64,000 nucleotides of DNA from Phaeosaccion multiseriatum (GCA_965112735.1 OZ218953.1:4650001-4714000), one strand, 5' to 3'. Positions 1-12,700 are shown, counted from the stretch's first letter. A program made the numbers and translations. The notes: a model not told the origin generated them from the sequence alone.

Positions 1-1092
1 CCCCCTAGCCTTCGTTTGAATTACCTGTAAGGTCTCGTCCTACTTGATTTGACCTCTCGAATTCACGTGAGTGCGCGCGCAGCGCCAACTTATCTCGTTA
101 TATTTCGAATATTCTTCTTCCCTTCTCCCTTTCGCTAACTACCTCACACTGGCCTCTCTTGGTGGGTGGAAGCTCTAGTTGCAAGTCCTCTGACTCCTCC
201 CAAAAATGCTGCTTGATTGAGACATTGTAAGAGTCTCATCCTGATGCGCGCTGCCCTGGCCGTATCGATGGCAACAGATGCTCGAAGAGACTGCCTTGTT
301 TGTCCTCATATTACAGGAGAGAATGGAGGAGCAGAGTCCACCCCTGCCCCGTTTGATGCAGTAGTGAGGAGAGAGAGAAGCAGCACATCTTGCGCTTGCG
401 CTTCCTTTCCTTCTCTCTGATGGAGCGACTGGCGGCGAGGGGCAGTGGTGTCGACCCCTGACGTGCTATCGCCCACAATCTCGATAGCAGATAGCGGATA
501 CCACGTCAGGGGTCGAGTGGTGGGCAGTGGGGGGGAAACGGCAGAGGCCAGGCACAGAGTCAACAGTGGTAGGCACTCTGCCCTGACCAGCACCATGGCT
601 ACGCAGGGCGTTTGAAAGGGCAACAGGAAGGAAAAGGGTGAGAGGGAGGAGCATGGAGTTGGAGAGCTGGAGAGAGGAGAGATGACGGAGCAGTACAGGT
701 GTAGAGACTGGGGTGAGAGTGAAGCTGTTGGATACCGTCAGAGCGAAGCAGCAAACTCTTCAGGCAGTGGGCTTCTCCTGCTTGCAGAGCATATGGTCAT
801 GTGTGGAGTGAGGTGGCGCACACAGAATGAGACCGGGAAGGACTATCGCGGAGGATGGGGCCCCTGAGCAGCACTATTCGGAGCTGCCGCACCATAGCTC
901 ACCTCTTTTAAAAAAAAAAACCCCAACAACAACTAAGAAGAAGGAAGAGAGGGTAGAATTTTTTTTTTCGCTTCTTACTGTAGTTACTTACAATACTTAA
1001 AAAATGTGGTTCGAGAAAGAAAGAGGCAAAAGTTCGCTCTGTGCGTACCAGAAACAGGTAGGATGATCTCAACACGCGAGGAGAAGGAGCCG

Positions 1093-2012
1093 TCACCGCC
1101 GGTAGTGTAGATTGGGGTTTACAGCGTCGCTCTTGGACGTCATTCTTTGCCGTGCCGCCCAGGAGGTGAACTTTTGAATGGAGGGGTCCGCCCGAAGGAG
1201 ATCGGCGCTAGCGAAGCTCAGGGCTAGTGCCATTTCGTCATGAGTGCGGTGCACACAACTATGACACGGTCTACAGATGTTTATAGTCACGCTAAGGTCC
1301 TTATCCGCAAAGGCCGCTTTCCTGCATAAGCGCTGAGAGAGTGAGAGAGAGAGAGAGAGAGAGAGGCAGAGGACCGGGGCGGGGAGGAGGGAGGGAGGCG
1401 ACAAAGACGAATGGGCCGTCCATGACTTCTCAGAGAGACGCAAAGACCAAGTGCCACTTTCCCTATCATTCTTGTTCTCTGTCTCTGTATCTCTCTCTCT
1501 TCTCTCATACCTTGTGCGTCATGCGGGGATACAAATGGTGTTTTGTCAAGGGCATCGGCCTTTCACACAGAAGACACGCTCCAATGGCAGCCAGGTCATC
1601 CTCACTTATCTCATCGTCCTCCCCGTCCGCACCTCCCCTCTCCTCTCCATCGACTTCTCCCTTGGGAAGGAAAACACGCCCGACTGCCCTGCACATATCG
1701 TCTACTAAATCATCTGATGCGAGAGAAGGGGCAGAGCAGAGCGACACGGAGGGGAGCAAGACATGTCAGCACACGCAAGGAAACCCAAGAATTCCCAAAC
1801 GACGACATCGTACCTTCCTCCTCCCCTCCCTCGATGAGACAGTCTTGTGGGAGCCAGTCCCTGAGTACCGTACGCATATCTTCAGGGGTGGAAGCCTCCC
1901 CTTGCTCCGCGGATGCAATAACTCCCTCCACGAGGGCATCGACAAGCTCTGGCTCCAGCGAGGGTAGCGTGAACCGAAGAGCTATGCCAAGAGCCTCACT
2001 CAGTTCTATCAT
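1093..2012 (-). CDS. HNH-endonuclease-like (YisB-like) Zn-binding protein, 3 exons (~2012-1814, ~1713-1512, ~1333-1093)
   Basis: Joining ORFs 1710..2051, 1505..1759 and 1093..1443 through GT-AG introns gives CLLCERPMPLTKHHLYP...ICRPCHSCVH (CxxC...HH...CxxCHxxxH), the treble-clef HNH pattern. Confidence 0.75.
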
Positions 2013-2283
2013 GTCGTGGCGAAGAGGAAAGGAAAATGTTTCCCCACTCAAACAAAGGTCTTTCTGAGGCAGCGCACCAACAATTCACTATCAGATGCCT
2101 CCTGAAGGGGGAGAGAAGGAGAAGAAGGGAACAGTTAGAGTTAAATAAGAAAGAGGAGAGAGAGAGACGATCGTTCGGCAGTCGCCAAATAATTTCGGAG
2201 AACCAATCGTCGCACAAGCTGCCCCACTTCGCTTCCGCTTTCTCGCTCGCTCGCTTACCCCCCTTTCTCTCTTTATTTTAATA

Positions 2284-4806
2284 ATGGCGTCCTTTGGCAT
2301 CGAGGCGGAGGAGATGGAGGAGGGGGGTGAGCTCTCTTCAATGACGCTGTCTCCTACTCTGCCCCCAGCGTCCCTGCCTCCGAGCCAAGGTCTCCCCGCC
2401 GCCAAACCCCCACCAGCAGCAGCAGCAGCGGCAGCAGACGCTGAAGGACCCCCGACGGACGAGGCCGAAGACAGCAAGGGAGAGGGCGCGAGTGTGGACT
2501 TGGAGCCGAGACCGCAGTCAGCAAGTACAGGTGCGTTAAGTGCGGAACTCTTTCCTTGTGTTCCCTACTCTTACAAGCTCTTGGTCACTATCGTCTGACC
2601 CTGGTGCAGTCTTGGAGGGGATACGACGCTTCGAGCAGGCTCGGCGGCGGCACTTTCAGTCTCAGCTGGAAGCGAACTCCCTCTACTGGGAATCCTTTGT
2701 GGCTCTCGTCAGGCACTCTCAGGCCAATAGCTCGCGATGTAAGGCCTTTGTGAAGGCCAAGATCGCCGCCGGGAGGGCACAAGCGGCCGTCAATTACAGC
2801 ATTCGGTGAGTGGGAGGAGAGTATATGCACAGTGATCCCTGATTCGTGACGATTCTTTGTTCGATGTGCAGAGACACGGTTGAGGGAGACAAACCAGGCA
2901 CCAACAAGGCGAGATTGGAGAATATTAGAAAGGAAGGAACTGCCAGGCGATTGGGGACGCGGCAGCCACAGCAGGAGCACGAGGATGGAGAAAAGCCCAG
3001 GAACGCTCTGGATGAAATGTTTGCGATGGAAGAGAAAGTAAGTCGATAACGTCGATCCTTTGGTTCTCAGCCTCCTGGCCTGTGTTTCACAGCGGCTTTC
3101 CCCCTCCTAGGCTGCCTACGCGTCGGAGCAGCTAAGCAGTAGCTACGAACGGGATGTGATGCCCATCATGACGGACACAATAGACCGAATCAGCCAGGCT
3201 CTCGACGACCTCGTGGAGCAGGCAAGTGGGTGTGTATGGGTGGACGATCTGGTATAGTGGCAGGCCAGGCAGAGGGGAGGGGGCATGCGGCATAATGACC
3301 TTTGCAATCCCCGATGCCTACGTAATCTGGATGTGATTAGCTCTCGAGGCCTTTCTGTATCTTCGTGGGTGTTCGGAGTGTACTTTTTTTGTGGACCTAC
3401 TGTTGACACATCAGCCTGCTGTCCCCTCCTCCTTGTTTCTCGAGCTAAGCACAATCTTTGCTTCCCCCCAGGGTACCGAGCTGCTGTCTGTGGTGACAAA
3501 GCTTGAACTAGGCTGCCAAGACTGTTACGCGGCCTGTGACAGCGGTTCAGCAAGCTCCAGAGAGGGAGAAGGAGGTGGAGCATCTCCAAGCACAGATCCT
3601 TTCCTTGGGGAGGTGAATTACAAGGTTGCGGTCAGAACCCAGCAGCTGGCGTGGGAGCAGATGAGTGAATGTATGGGAGGATTTTTCAGCCGAATGAAGG
3701 ACTTGGAGAGCGAGAGGAGGATATATATTCGGGAAGCGCTGTCTGTCATCTGCAAACGACAGGAAGAGCTGTGGAGGTCGTGTCTACCTCTCAAGGACCC
3801 CGTACTCCTCACGCTTGAGAGGGTTAATGTGGACAGGAGGTACATAGAAGTTGAAATCACCGACTCGACAAGGCAAGGGGCGGCTCGCCTTAAGGCCACT
3901 GGACGAGCCGGAGCGATAGGAGCAGGAGAAGCAGGAGAAGCAGGAGGAGGAGGAGGAGGAGGAGGGCCCGGGGAGGCTGCTTCGCTCAAGAAGGAACACG
4001 CTCGGCTGAACATGGCGTCTCCCCTGGACAGCGCTCTCGTGCAGCACACTCAGTGCGTAGAGAGGAAGGTGTGGTACTAGCTACTCCTCGCCAATCATCC
4101 CCCCCCCCTCCCTTGTTGCACAAGACACTCAGCCCCCCCGCCCCCTACCCCCCCTCATCTCGATCCCGTGCTGTGTGTGTGTGTGTCCTCTGCCTCACTA
4201 TCGCCGCCTCTCTCCGACAGAGCACGAGTGTGCTGGGCCTGACCAAGTGGTGCCCCTGCATTCTTGTGGTCACCAGTCAGGAGATGGTGCATCTCTTCGA
4301 CCTTCCCGTCGGTATAGAGGCGATGGGGGGCGGCAAGAAGGGCTCGCAGGAGGCCTTTATGAAACTCATTCCGCAGCAGCAGGCCACAGATGGCGTGCTG
4401 GGCATCTTCATTAGCGAGGAGCAGCAGCAGCAGCAGCAGCAGTCAGGGGGGGGGGGGGGGAGCAGCCGCAGTCAACAGCAAGGCGAAAGGAGTGGTTGCA
4501 AAGGTGGTCAAGAGTGGTAGTACTGTAGTGGGGAAGAGCAGCCGAAGCCCCGTCAAGCCCCTCTCTCCGACTCTGTCCATCAACCTGCGTACATGTCAGG
4601 TGGATGACGTGACAACGAAGGGGGTGGTGGAGCTCGTGGAAATGGTCAGTCGGAAGGGCGTTATCGCTGCCTTTGGAGTCGGTGCGGCAGCGGTGCGGCA
4701 CTCCCTGCGAGGCGACCCGGCAGACCCGCTGGCTCTGCAGCAGCTGGCCGCTGTGGTGCGGCAATTGGGCGGCAGGATGTCGCAGAGAGGGGGACGGAGC
4801 TCGTGA
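2284..4806 (+). CDS. Coiled-coil (BAR-like) plus PH-domain protein, Slm1-like architecture; multi-exon, apparent frameshift at a G15 run
   Basis: Spliced helical segments (LEGIRRFEQARRRHF..., QQLAWEQMSECMGGFFSRMKDLESERR...) are followed by PH-like strands (CVERK/STSVLGLTKWCPCILVVTSQEMVHLFD...PTLSINL...LQQLAAVV). GC donor CAG|GCAAGT at ~3222. Confidence 0.6.
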
Positions 4807-4926
4807 CCAGCTGTCTGTCCGTGTAGGCACACACATGTAGTTACAATTGTAAGAAAAAAAAACGTGTTGGTGGCTTTTCGACTCACAGATCCGGCTTGGC
4901 AGTTAGATCGTTCGATCGTTCACAAC

Positions 4927-7191
4927 ATGGGATGGGGGGAGGAGCCGAGAGGCTCCGACTACATACCTCTAGAGGACAGCGGGCCGTCCCCAAGAAGGCA
5001 GTCAGTGAGGAGGGTGCTGGTCGGAGCAGCCGTCGTGGTGGGATCTGCAGGGGCGGCGCTGGTGCAGTGGAGTGGAGGGGGTGCTCCCCTGACAGCGGGG
5101 GGGGGAGGGGCAGCAGCAGCGCTGAAGCTCAGTAGTGGTGGCAATCCAAGCAACGGTAGACCGGCAGCGGCAGAGGAAAGCACGTTGGGGCTTGAGGTGT
5201 GGAACGACGACTATGCTCCAGTAAGTAGACATGTCTACCCCTGGGCATTTGTTGCCGAGCCGTACCGCAAGACTCGCCTAAAGGTTACAGGATTAGAAGA
5301 GGGAGAGACCGTGTTGTGGGAAGTGAGTTCAACAGCAGATGACGAGGCTCTACTGCTGGAAGGACTTGAGGAGGAAGGCGCGGAGGTATCCCTGACTTGC
5401 ACAGAGGCCGGCATGATGCTCTTCGTGGACGTGACGGTGATGCCCGCAGCAGGCGTGTCACCGGTGGGTGCAGCCGTAGCAAAAGATTCCTTCGAATACA
5501 GTGAGAGTGGCGAGCAAGAAGGTGCCTCATTGCACTCCTTCCGGGAGGAAGTTGCGTGCAAGTACGTTCGGCGAGAGCTGCGACAGCTTACTGAGAGTGA
5601 CCTCAGTCGCTACCTCGACGCGCTGGAGGTGATGCATCGTGCAGATGCCGACGAAATGAGAGCGACGTTGCTCTCCTCCGTCGGCTCTGAGGAAAAGAGC
5701 ACGGGCACGAGCGGTGCGGCGAGTCGATTCACCAACTACAGGGAACTGACGGTAAAGCACTTGGGGCGCATCACCCTCGACGGTTACACCGCCTTCCACA
5801 ACGGCATGGTATTCCTCACGGCCCACTTTGCCTTCTCGCTGGAGATTGAGCAGAGTCTGCAGGCGCTGGATCCCACCATCGCCCTGCCTTACTGGGACTA
5901 CACGCTGGACTCGGAGCTCTATGGCCGGGAATGGGCCGAGCTGTCCCCGATCTTTTCAGCAGACATGTTTGGCAGCTACCCCGCCGACCCAGGAGCCATT
6001 GGCGGATTGGTCAGCAGTGACGATAAGAGTAGTCGGTGGTGGCGGCTCCCCATCCCGTCGGACGTCAATGAGCCGGAGCACAATGCTTACGGAAGGTTAA
6101 CAGACAGCATCAATCCCAACCCGGCCCGCTGGGTAGAGCGCGGTGCGGAGCTGTGTGGACTGGAGACCAAGGCCCAGTTACCGGGCTGCCACGAGCTCAT
6201 GGGAGTGCTCAAGTCGAGTTCTCTGAGCGAGGCCTCCAAGAGGATCGAGTACGGCTTCCATGGCAACCTACACGCCCTCATTGGAGGCTACTGGGACTGT
6301 CCATACTCACTGGGCAACGTGGTGGAGCGCTTCGGTGACTCGGCCGCTCCGCTGGCAGAGGCACTGGGTATGATCGCCAATACGCTGTGGAGGAGTGTGC
6401 AGATTCGCAACGGTATGACCTGTCCCACCGCGCAGGAGTGTGCGGAAGGCGGCGGCGAGCTCCGAACGGCGTGCAGCTGCCTGTCCGAAGAGATTGACAG
6501 CTTGGCAATAGAAGATTTGCACTTTGCAGATGCCTATGCCTTTTTGGACCGCATGAGCGTCATCGACATGATCTCACACTCTTGGTTCTTCATTGATCTG
6601 ATTGAGTTGGTGGATGACTCACAACTGGGCCTGAAGACGGACTCCGGCAAGGCCCTGCGTTTCCGTGCGCTGTCCGACTCGGGTAACAAGGAGCTGTACG
6701 CCTTCCTGGCTCGCTTCGTCGTCCACCCGGGGAAGATGGCACCCTTTGCGACCCCTCTAGCGGCTACCAACGACCCCATCTTCAGCGCCACGCACAGCGC
6801 CTATCTGCGGGTCATGGGGTCCATGCAGCTCGAGGGGAAGCTCGAGGAAGAGGAATGGGACAAGAGCGATCAAGACGCGGCGCGCCAGCCGGGCACGGGG
6901 CTCCACGACAAGCAGCCCTTCTCGGGCTTTCTGCTGGGGGATGAAAAAGGGGAGGAGTTTTGGTACACGAATCAGGAGCTGCTGCAGATGATGCGGCTGG
7001 AGAACCCGCTGCTGCCCTACGTGTACGCCGATTTTGACTGGGGGAGTTGTGTCGAGGAGACTACTGGTGGTGAGGGTGGTGATGGGGTTGGGGGTGTTGA
7101 CCACGATGATCCTCCTCATACGGATGGTGTTGAGGGTGGTGGGGGTGATGGTGACGGTGTCGGCGCATCCGGCCGAGAAGAAAGAGAGTAA
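4927..7191 (+). CDS. Tyrosinase / type-3 copper protein, N-terminally membrane-anchored, intronless
   Basis: YVRRELRQL entry motif; CuA H..FHNGMVFLTAH and LPYWDY; CuB HGNLH and NDPIFSATH; hydrophobic N-terminal segment VLVGAAVVVGSAGAALV. Confidence 0.9.
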   Translation: MGWGEEPRGSDYIPLEDSGPSPRRQSVRRVLVGAAVVVGSAGAALVQWSGGGAPLTAGGGGAAAALKLSSGGNPSNGRPAAAEESTLGLEVWNDDYAPVSRHVYPWAFVAEPYRKTRLKVTGLEEGETVLWEVSSTADDEALLLEGLEEEGAEVSLTCTEAGMMLFVDVTVMPAAGVSPVGAAVAKDSFEYSESGEQEGASLHSFREEVACKYVRRELRQLTESDLSRYLDALEVMHRADADEMRATLLSSVGSEEKSTGTSGAASRFTNYRELTVKHLGRITLDGYTAFHNGMVFLTAHFAFSLEIEQSLQALDPTIALPYWDYTLDSELYGREWAELSPIFSADMFGSYPADPGAIGGLVSSDDKSSRWWRLPIPSDVNEPEHNAYGRLTDSINPNPARWVERGAELCGLETKAQLPGCHELMGVLKSSSLSEASKRIEYGFHGNLHALIGGYWDCPYSLGNVVERFGDSAAPLAEALGMIANTLWRSVQIRNGMTCPTAQECAEGGGELRTACSCLSEEIDSLAIEDLHFADAYAFLDRMSVIDMISHSWFFIDLIELVDDSQLGLKTDSGKALRFRALSDSGNKELYAFLARFVVHPGKMAPFATPLAATNDPIFSATHSAYLRVMGSMQLEGKLEEEEWDKSDQDAARQPGTGLHDKQPFSGFLLGDEKGEEFWYTNQELLQMMRLENPLLPYVYADFDWGSCVEETTGGEGGDGVGGVDHDDPPHTDGVEGGGGDGDGVGASGREERE

Positions 7192-7525
7192 GGGAGAAGC
7201 GAGCAGCTCGACCCGCAGAGAAGGGGAGATGAGCGTCGAAATTTTAACATCAACTGCCATCTGGCGGCCCCTGTCGAGTATGCCAACAACCCCGGGGTGT
7301 GTTGATCCTACTCCCTCCCCATTTTTGCTCCCTTCCTCGTGCTCGCTCTCTAGAAGCTTGTGAACGGATTTGTTGTCATTGAGGAGAGCCTCTTTCTGCT
7401 CTACCATATCCCCCCACACTTCGGCAAACTTGATCCCCCACAGGACATGTCCTCATTGATTTTCACTCTCTCCTTTTAGTGCTCCCCTCCCCCGACGAAG
7501 GCCCTAGCGGCTCTCTCTCTCTACC

Positions 7526-10189
7526 ATGCGTCTACCGGGACAGGGGATCTGTCTGAGGTGCGGCACAGCGTCGGTAGTGATCATGAGTACCATCGCTGCC
7601 TTGCTCCTGCCTCCGGGTAGGGCACTCTTGCAGGCGAAGGTGATGCGGCCTCTGTGGGGGGGGATAGGCGCCTCTTCTTTGCGTTCGGCCAGCAGCAGGT
7701 GCGTCAAGAGTTCGGGAAATGGCCTGAGTCGTTGGCCGTGCAGAGTATCAGTCGGTTGGGGCCGATCTTGGGACAGCTGGCATAATAGTTGCAGCGGGGC
7801 CGGCGGGACGGAGCTACAGCATACACTGCAACTTTGTGCATCCCCCCCTTGCTATCGCTCAAGTGCTGGCATCGAAATCTCCTCACCCCCCCTCCCACCA
7901 CCACCACTACACCACCACACGATCTGCTCTCTCTCTCTCTCTCTCTCTGCCATGCTCTGCATTATGTCGACGGATCCTCCCTCCCCTCCATTTGCATCTT
8001 GCATCTCAACCAATATCCCATGTTAAACAGTTCCAACTCCGTGGGCCGAAGTAGCGTTGTCCAGGGTCAATTCCGAAGGGAATACATCAAAGGCGTGCCC
8101 TCCGCGCCGGTGCCGCACGTGGTTCTGGGACAGAAGGATGTGAAGGAGAGGGTCATCCTCATCGGCGACGTGCACGGCTGCTGTGACGAGCTTAAGCTTC
8201 TGCTGGAGAAGCTGGTGAGTTACCCACCGCGGCGGAGGCGGGGGAGATCGTGCAATGCGGAAGTGCACTTGGTAGAGATTGGGAGAGGTTTTCACTGCGT
8301 GCAGGTCCGCCAAAGATCTATAATTAAGTCTCTTACCATAGTGTATTCCGCTCATCAGCCTCGCTTGCTGTCCTTCCATGTCTCCATCTTGGCAGAGCTA
8401 TCGAAGAAATGACACCACAGTTATTATAGTCGGGGACCTTGTCAACAAGGTGAGTACGGAAGGCAAGGGGCCGTGTGAAGGGCCCCTCCAGCAGCGCCAA
8501 GGGGCACGGAGGAGGAGGAGGAGCAGGAACAGCAGCAGCAGGAGGAGGAGGAGGAGGAGGCAAGGGGAAGGAGAGGAGGAGGAAATTCATGGGGAGGTCC
8601 GCTTCTCCTCAGAGAGGTAGACGCCCCAATTGATTCTCTTACCCTTCTCCCCCCCCCCCCCCATTTGCTCAACATTTGCTCCCTCGAATGAATGGAGCAG
8701 GGTCCAAACAGCGAGGGAGTAGTGGAAATGGCCCGGACGGAGGGTTTTTTGGCGGTGAGGGGCAACCATGAGGAGGCAGCACTGGCTTGGGCACTGGGGG
8801 CGCTGGAGCTTCGAAAGGGAAGCAAGGATCGTTGGGCAAAGGTAAGGGTTACGTAGGGAGGATGGTGTCAGTCAGGAGGGGGGTTAGCTTCACTTTGGGG
8901 AGGAGACATGCGTTGCGAATGGACAACGTGACACTCCTGCTCGATGGTGGCTCGTATTGTCGCCGCTCCCTCTCTCCCTTCTTACAAGAACCGCTCAAAC
9001 CGCTGACTCCCGTGTTTCTTTCGACGGCTGTCATGAAACGGAGACTGCTCGCCTCACCACTTGTGTGCTTTGCGTGGGCTGTCTCTCTCGTGCAATGCCC
9101 GCCACACCCCCACCCGCTGCTTCTGTCTCTTGTCGTTTGGCAGCGATTGAGTAAGGATAACGTGGCGTACCTGCTCAATCTTCCCTACACGATTCGGATA
9201 CCTCACTTCAACGTCATCATCGCCCATGCCGGAATCGTGCCCGGAGTGCCCTTAGAAGAGGTATGTGTATGTGCGTGTGCATGTGTGAGTGTGTATGGGC
9301 TGCTACGGATGCTCGAGCTGCTACGGATGCTCGAGGGTCTGAGTGGGTGTGTGTGACGGAGGGGGGGGGGATGCAGGGGAGCACAAATGGGGCCAGAGAA
9401 GAGGGGGGATGGGAAATCTCACCATAGGCAATTACACAGGACCAGTTAAGGAGAAGAGTGTGATCTATTCATTCGCAAGGCTCATCTTCACTTAACCTGT
9501 CCTCCATCCACCTGCATCTGTTGTCTGCAATTCTGCAACAGCAAACCCCACGGAATCTCGTGAGCATGAGGAACCTTGTGGCTCTCCCCGGGGGCGGCTA
9601 CGAGGCGCAGGAGAAGGTACGGTGGTGCGAGTGAGTGAGTGAATGAATGAGTGATCCGAGGGTCAGGGGCTCGAATGAAGAGGTGGCGGCGGGGAGAGGG
9701 GGGAAATGGAGGAGATTGCAGGGAAACATTCCCACTGCATTTTGACCTAGGGGGGGCACTTCTCATCACACACCCTCATGAGGCCCGTTCGTCCAGTTCG
9801 GTCGTTCGCGTGGCAGCATTCTATTTGGCTCAAGTTCCGTGGTGCGGGTGTGTCCTTCCTCCCCTTCCTCTCCTTCCTCCCCTTCTCCTCCCCCCCCTAC
9901 GTCCCCTTCTTCTCCTTCCTCTCCTTCCTGTCCTTCCGGTCCTCCTCCTCCTCAGGGCTTTGAGGGCGGACCGTGGGCACCTCTGTGGCCCGGACCAGAA
10001 CATGTTTATTTTGGGCACGATGCGAAGCGGGGGTTGCAGAGAGCAGCCTATGCCACGGGGCTGGACACGGGGTGCCTGTATGGCAAGAAGCTCACTGCAT
10101 GTGTCTTGCCTGAGCGGAAGATTGTCAGTGTGGACGCGCTGAAGCAGTACGTTGAACCGGGGCACAAGCTCGGGCATGCCGCCGTCTGA
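7526..10189 (+). CDS. ApaH-like phosphatase (calcineurin-like metallophosphoesterase, ALPH family), ~7 exons
   Basis: Spliced motifs IGDVHG, VGDLVNK|GP, VRGNHE, AHAGIVP, YFGHDA and GLDTGCLYG; Arg/Ser-rich N-terminal extension resembling an organellar presequence. Confidence 0.88.
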
Positions 10190-11163
10190 AGTGGGTCTCT
10201 ACATTGTACCCAAGAGGGAGCAAGTGGCTGGTAATTGGCCCACAGCGCGCAGCTCCTCCTGACACCCAGCCAGCCCGCAGCATTGTGACATGAGTTTGAA
10301 GGGGCAGGAGGCGGAGCAGGTGCAGTGGACACGAAGGAGAGAGAGACCATGGCAGTAGCCTCCCCCCCCCCACAACTCCTCCCGCCCCTCCCTGCCCTGC
10401 CCTGCCCAGCTTGGAGTTGGAGTCAGAAGGGTAGGGGGGTGAGCGAACTGCGTTTTGTTGGGAGGGTAGAAGCTAAGCCCAACTGCACGTCTTCTCCTCA
10501 TTCCTGTGGGTGTGTGCGGCGGTGGCGCTCTGCTCAGGGGAGCTTCTTTCTGTCTGTCCGCCTTGATTTAGCCATTCATTCCTCCTCCTCGTCATCCATC
10601 AAAATCGACTCGTGGCTCCCTCTCTCTGCTGAGGGTGATGGATCTCAGCAGAGCAGTTCATGTGTTGGAGCTTGGTGCTGGAGGGCTCTGCGGTGTGGCA
10701 TGACGGCGTAACCGTGGGCAGATGACAGCGCAACAGGCCAGAAGTGAATGGGCCTTCCTTCGCCTACTTGGCCTTTGCTGCCTCTACCCATGAGGGAGAT
10801 GCAAGCGTCTCTGCTCTGCCAGCAGCGGAGTCGCTGGTGATGCCTTTTCCTCGCCCAGCAGATGGCATTCTGTGGCAGTCTTTGGAGCGAGGCACGCACG
10901 TACGCACACACGTTCAATGTTTTTGTGATGATTTTCTGCAAAGGATGGAGGAACTCGCATACTTTCTTTCTTTTAATTAATGTTGCGGTACTCGACTCGA
11001 TGTCTCTTCTCCTTCAACAAAAGAGGGCCACGTGAAGTGTGGGATGTCGTTCCATTCCATGCTTCCTTTCCCCTTTGCCGCTGCCCCAACAGCATCACAT
11101 CCTATCGTGGATTGATTTCACATATTCTTGACTGGATGGGACTATCTACGATCCACTTAACGG

Positions 11164-12700
11164 TTAGTCCAGGATCTTGCTGATGACGCCGGCCCCCACC
11201 GTCCTTCCTCCCTCCCTCAGTGCGAATCTGAGCCCCTCCTGTACCACAGTGGGGGTGATGAGCTCAATCTCCAGTGTGGTGTTGTCTCCGGGCATGACCT
11301 GCCGAGGAGTGGGCGGGCGGGGGAGGGGGGGAAGGACGGTGAGTTTCTTTGGAGGAAAGGGAGAGAGAAATCAAAGTGATTGAGTTTGCCGTGGATGTCA
11401 ACACACGAACCAACCAATGAAGCAGTCGGGGGCGGGTGTACTCAAGTCAAGTAGCGGACTGCATATATCCGACCACTCCCTCCCCCAAGCTTCCATCTTC
11501 TGCCCCCTGTGTTTGCCTCTTCCTCTTTTCTCCCCCTCCCCCCCCCGGCCCGGCCCAGATTGATCTCCCCTCGCACCCCCTCCCTTCTCTCCCCTTACCA
11601 TCTCTGTGTCTCCGGTGAGTCGAACGTTTCCGGTAACGTCCGCCGTTCGGATGAAGAACTGCGGCCTATAGTTGTTGAAGAAGGGCGTGTGCCTGCCTCC
11701 CTCCTCCTTGTTGAGCACGTACACCTCCGCCTCGAATTTGGTGTGACACGACACTGTGCCAGGCTTTGCGAGCACCTGAGCGCAACAGAGAGGAGAGGAA
11801 AGGGGCAGCCATCCAACCAACCAACCAACCAACCAACCAACGGAGGACAACAGAGTCAGCCACGCGACACAAAAAAGGGAGTGATGGAGAAATACGAGTC
11901 CTCAATGAACAAAACTGAAGCTGAAACTGGAACCGAAGGAACAAACGAGCAGGGAGCAAACAACAACAACAACACTCCCTGTTCACTCACCTGTCCTCGC
12001 TCAATGTCCTCTCTCTTGAGCCCTCTCAGCAGCGCCCCGATGTTGTCCCCTGCCTGCCCCTGCTCCAGCAGCTTCTTGAACATCTCCACCCCCGTGCACG
12101 TGGTCGAGGCGGTGGCCTTGAGCCCCACCACTTGTACTTCATCGCCAACCTGTGAGTCAGAGTGGCATGTACGTCAGCAAGGATATGTGACACGTTAGCA
12201 TTGGATATGAATCTATTCATTTCGTTCTAGCGAGGGCCAGCCAGCGGGTCGGAGAGGGAGGGGAGACGGAGGGGAAAGGGTCTCACAGAATCGTTGGTAT
12301 GACAACAAGGACAAGGACGCAAGTCATCCCTTTCTGTCCATCCGTCTGTCTGTCTGTCTCTCTGTCTGTCTGTCTGTCTGTCTGTCTGTGTGTCTGTGTG
12401 TCTGTCTGTATGTCTGTGTGTCTGTCTGTCTGTGTGTCTGTGTGTCTGTCTGTCTGTCTCTGTGTCTGTCTGTTTGTGTGTCTGTGTGTCTGTGTGTGTC
12501 TGTCTGTCTGTGTGTCTGTCTGTCTGTCCTGTCTTGTGTCTGTGTGTCTGTCTGTCTGTCTGTCTGTCTGTGTGTCTGTCTGTGTGTCTGTCTGTCTATG
12601 TGTCTGTGTGTCTGTCTGTCTGTCTCTGTGTCTGTCTGTTTGTGTGTCTGTCTGTCTGTGTGTCTGTCGGTCTGTCCTGTCTTGTGTCTGTGTGTCTGTG

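Noticed and set aside
1-900. Possible minus-strand gene (ORFs 306..623 and 466..654 with signal-like starts; donor-like site near 25)
   Set aside because: No consistent spliced frame or recognisable motif.
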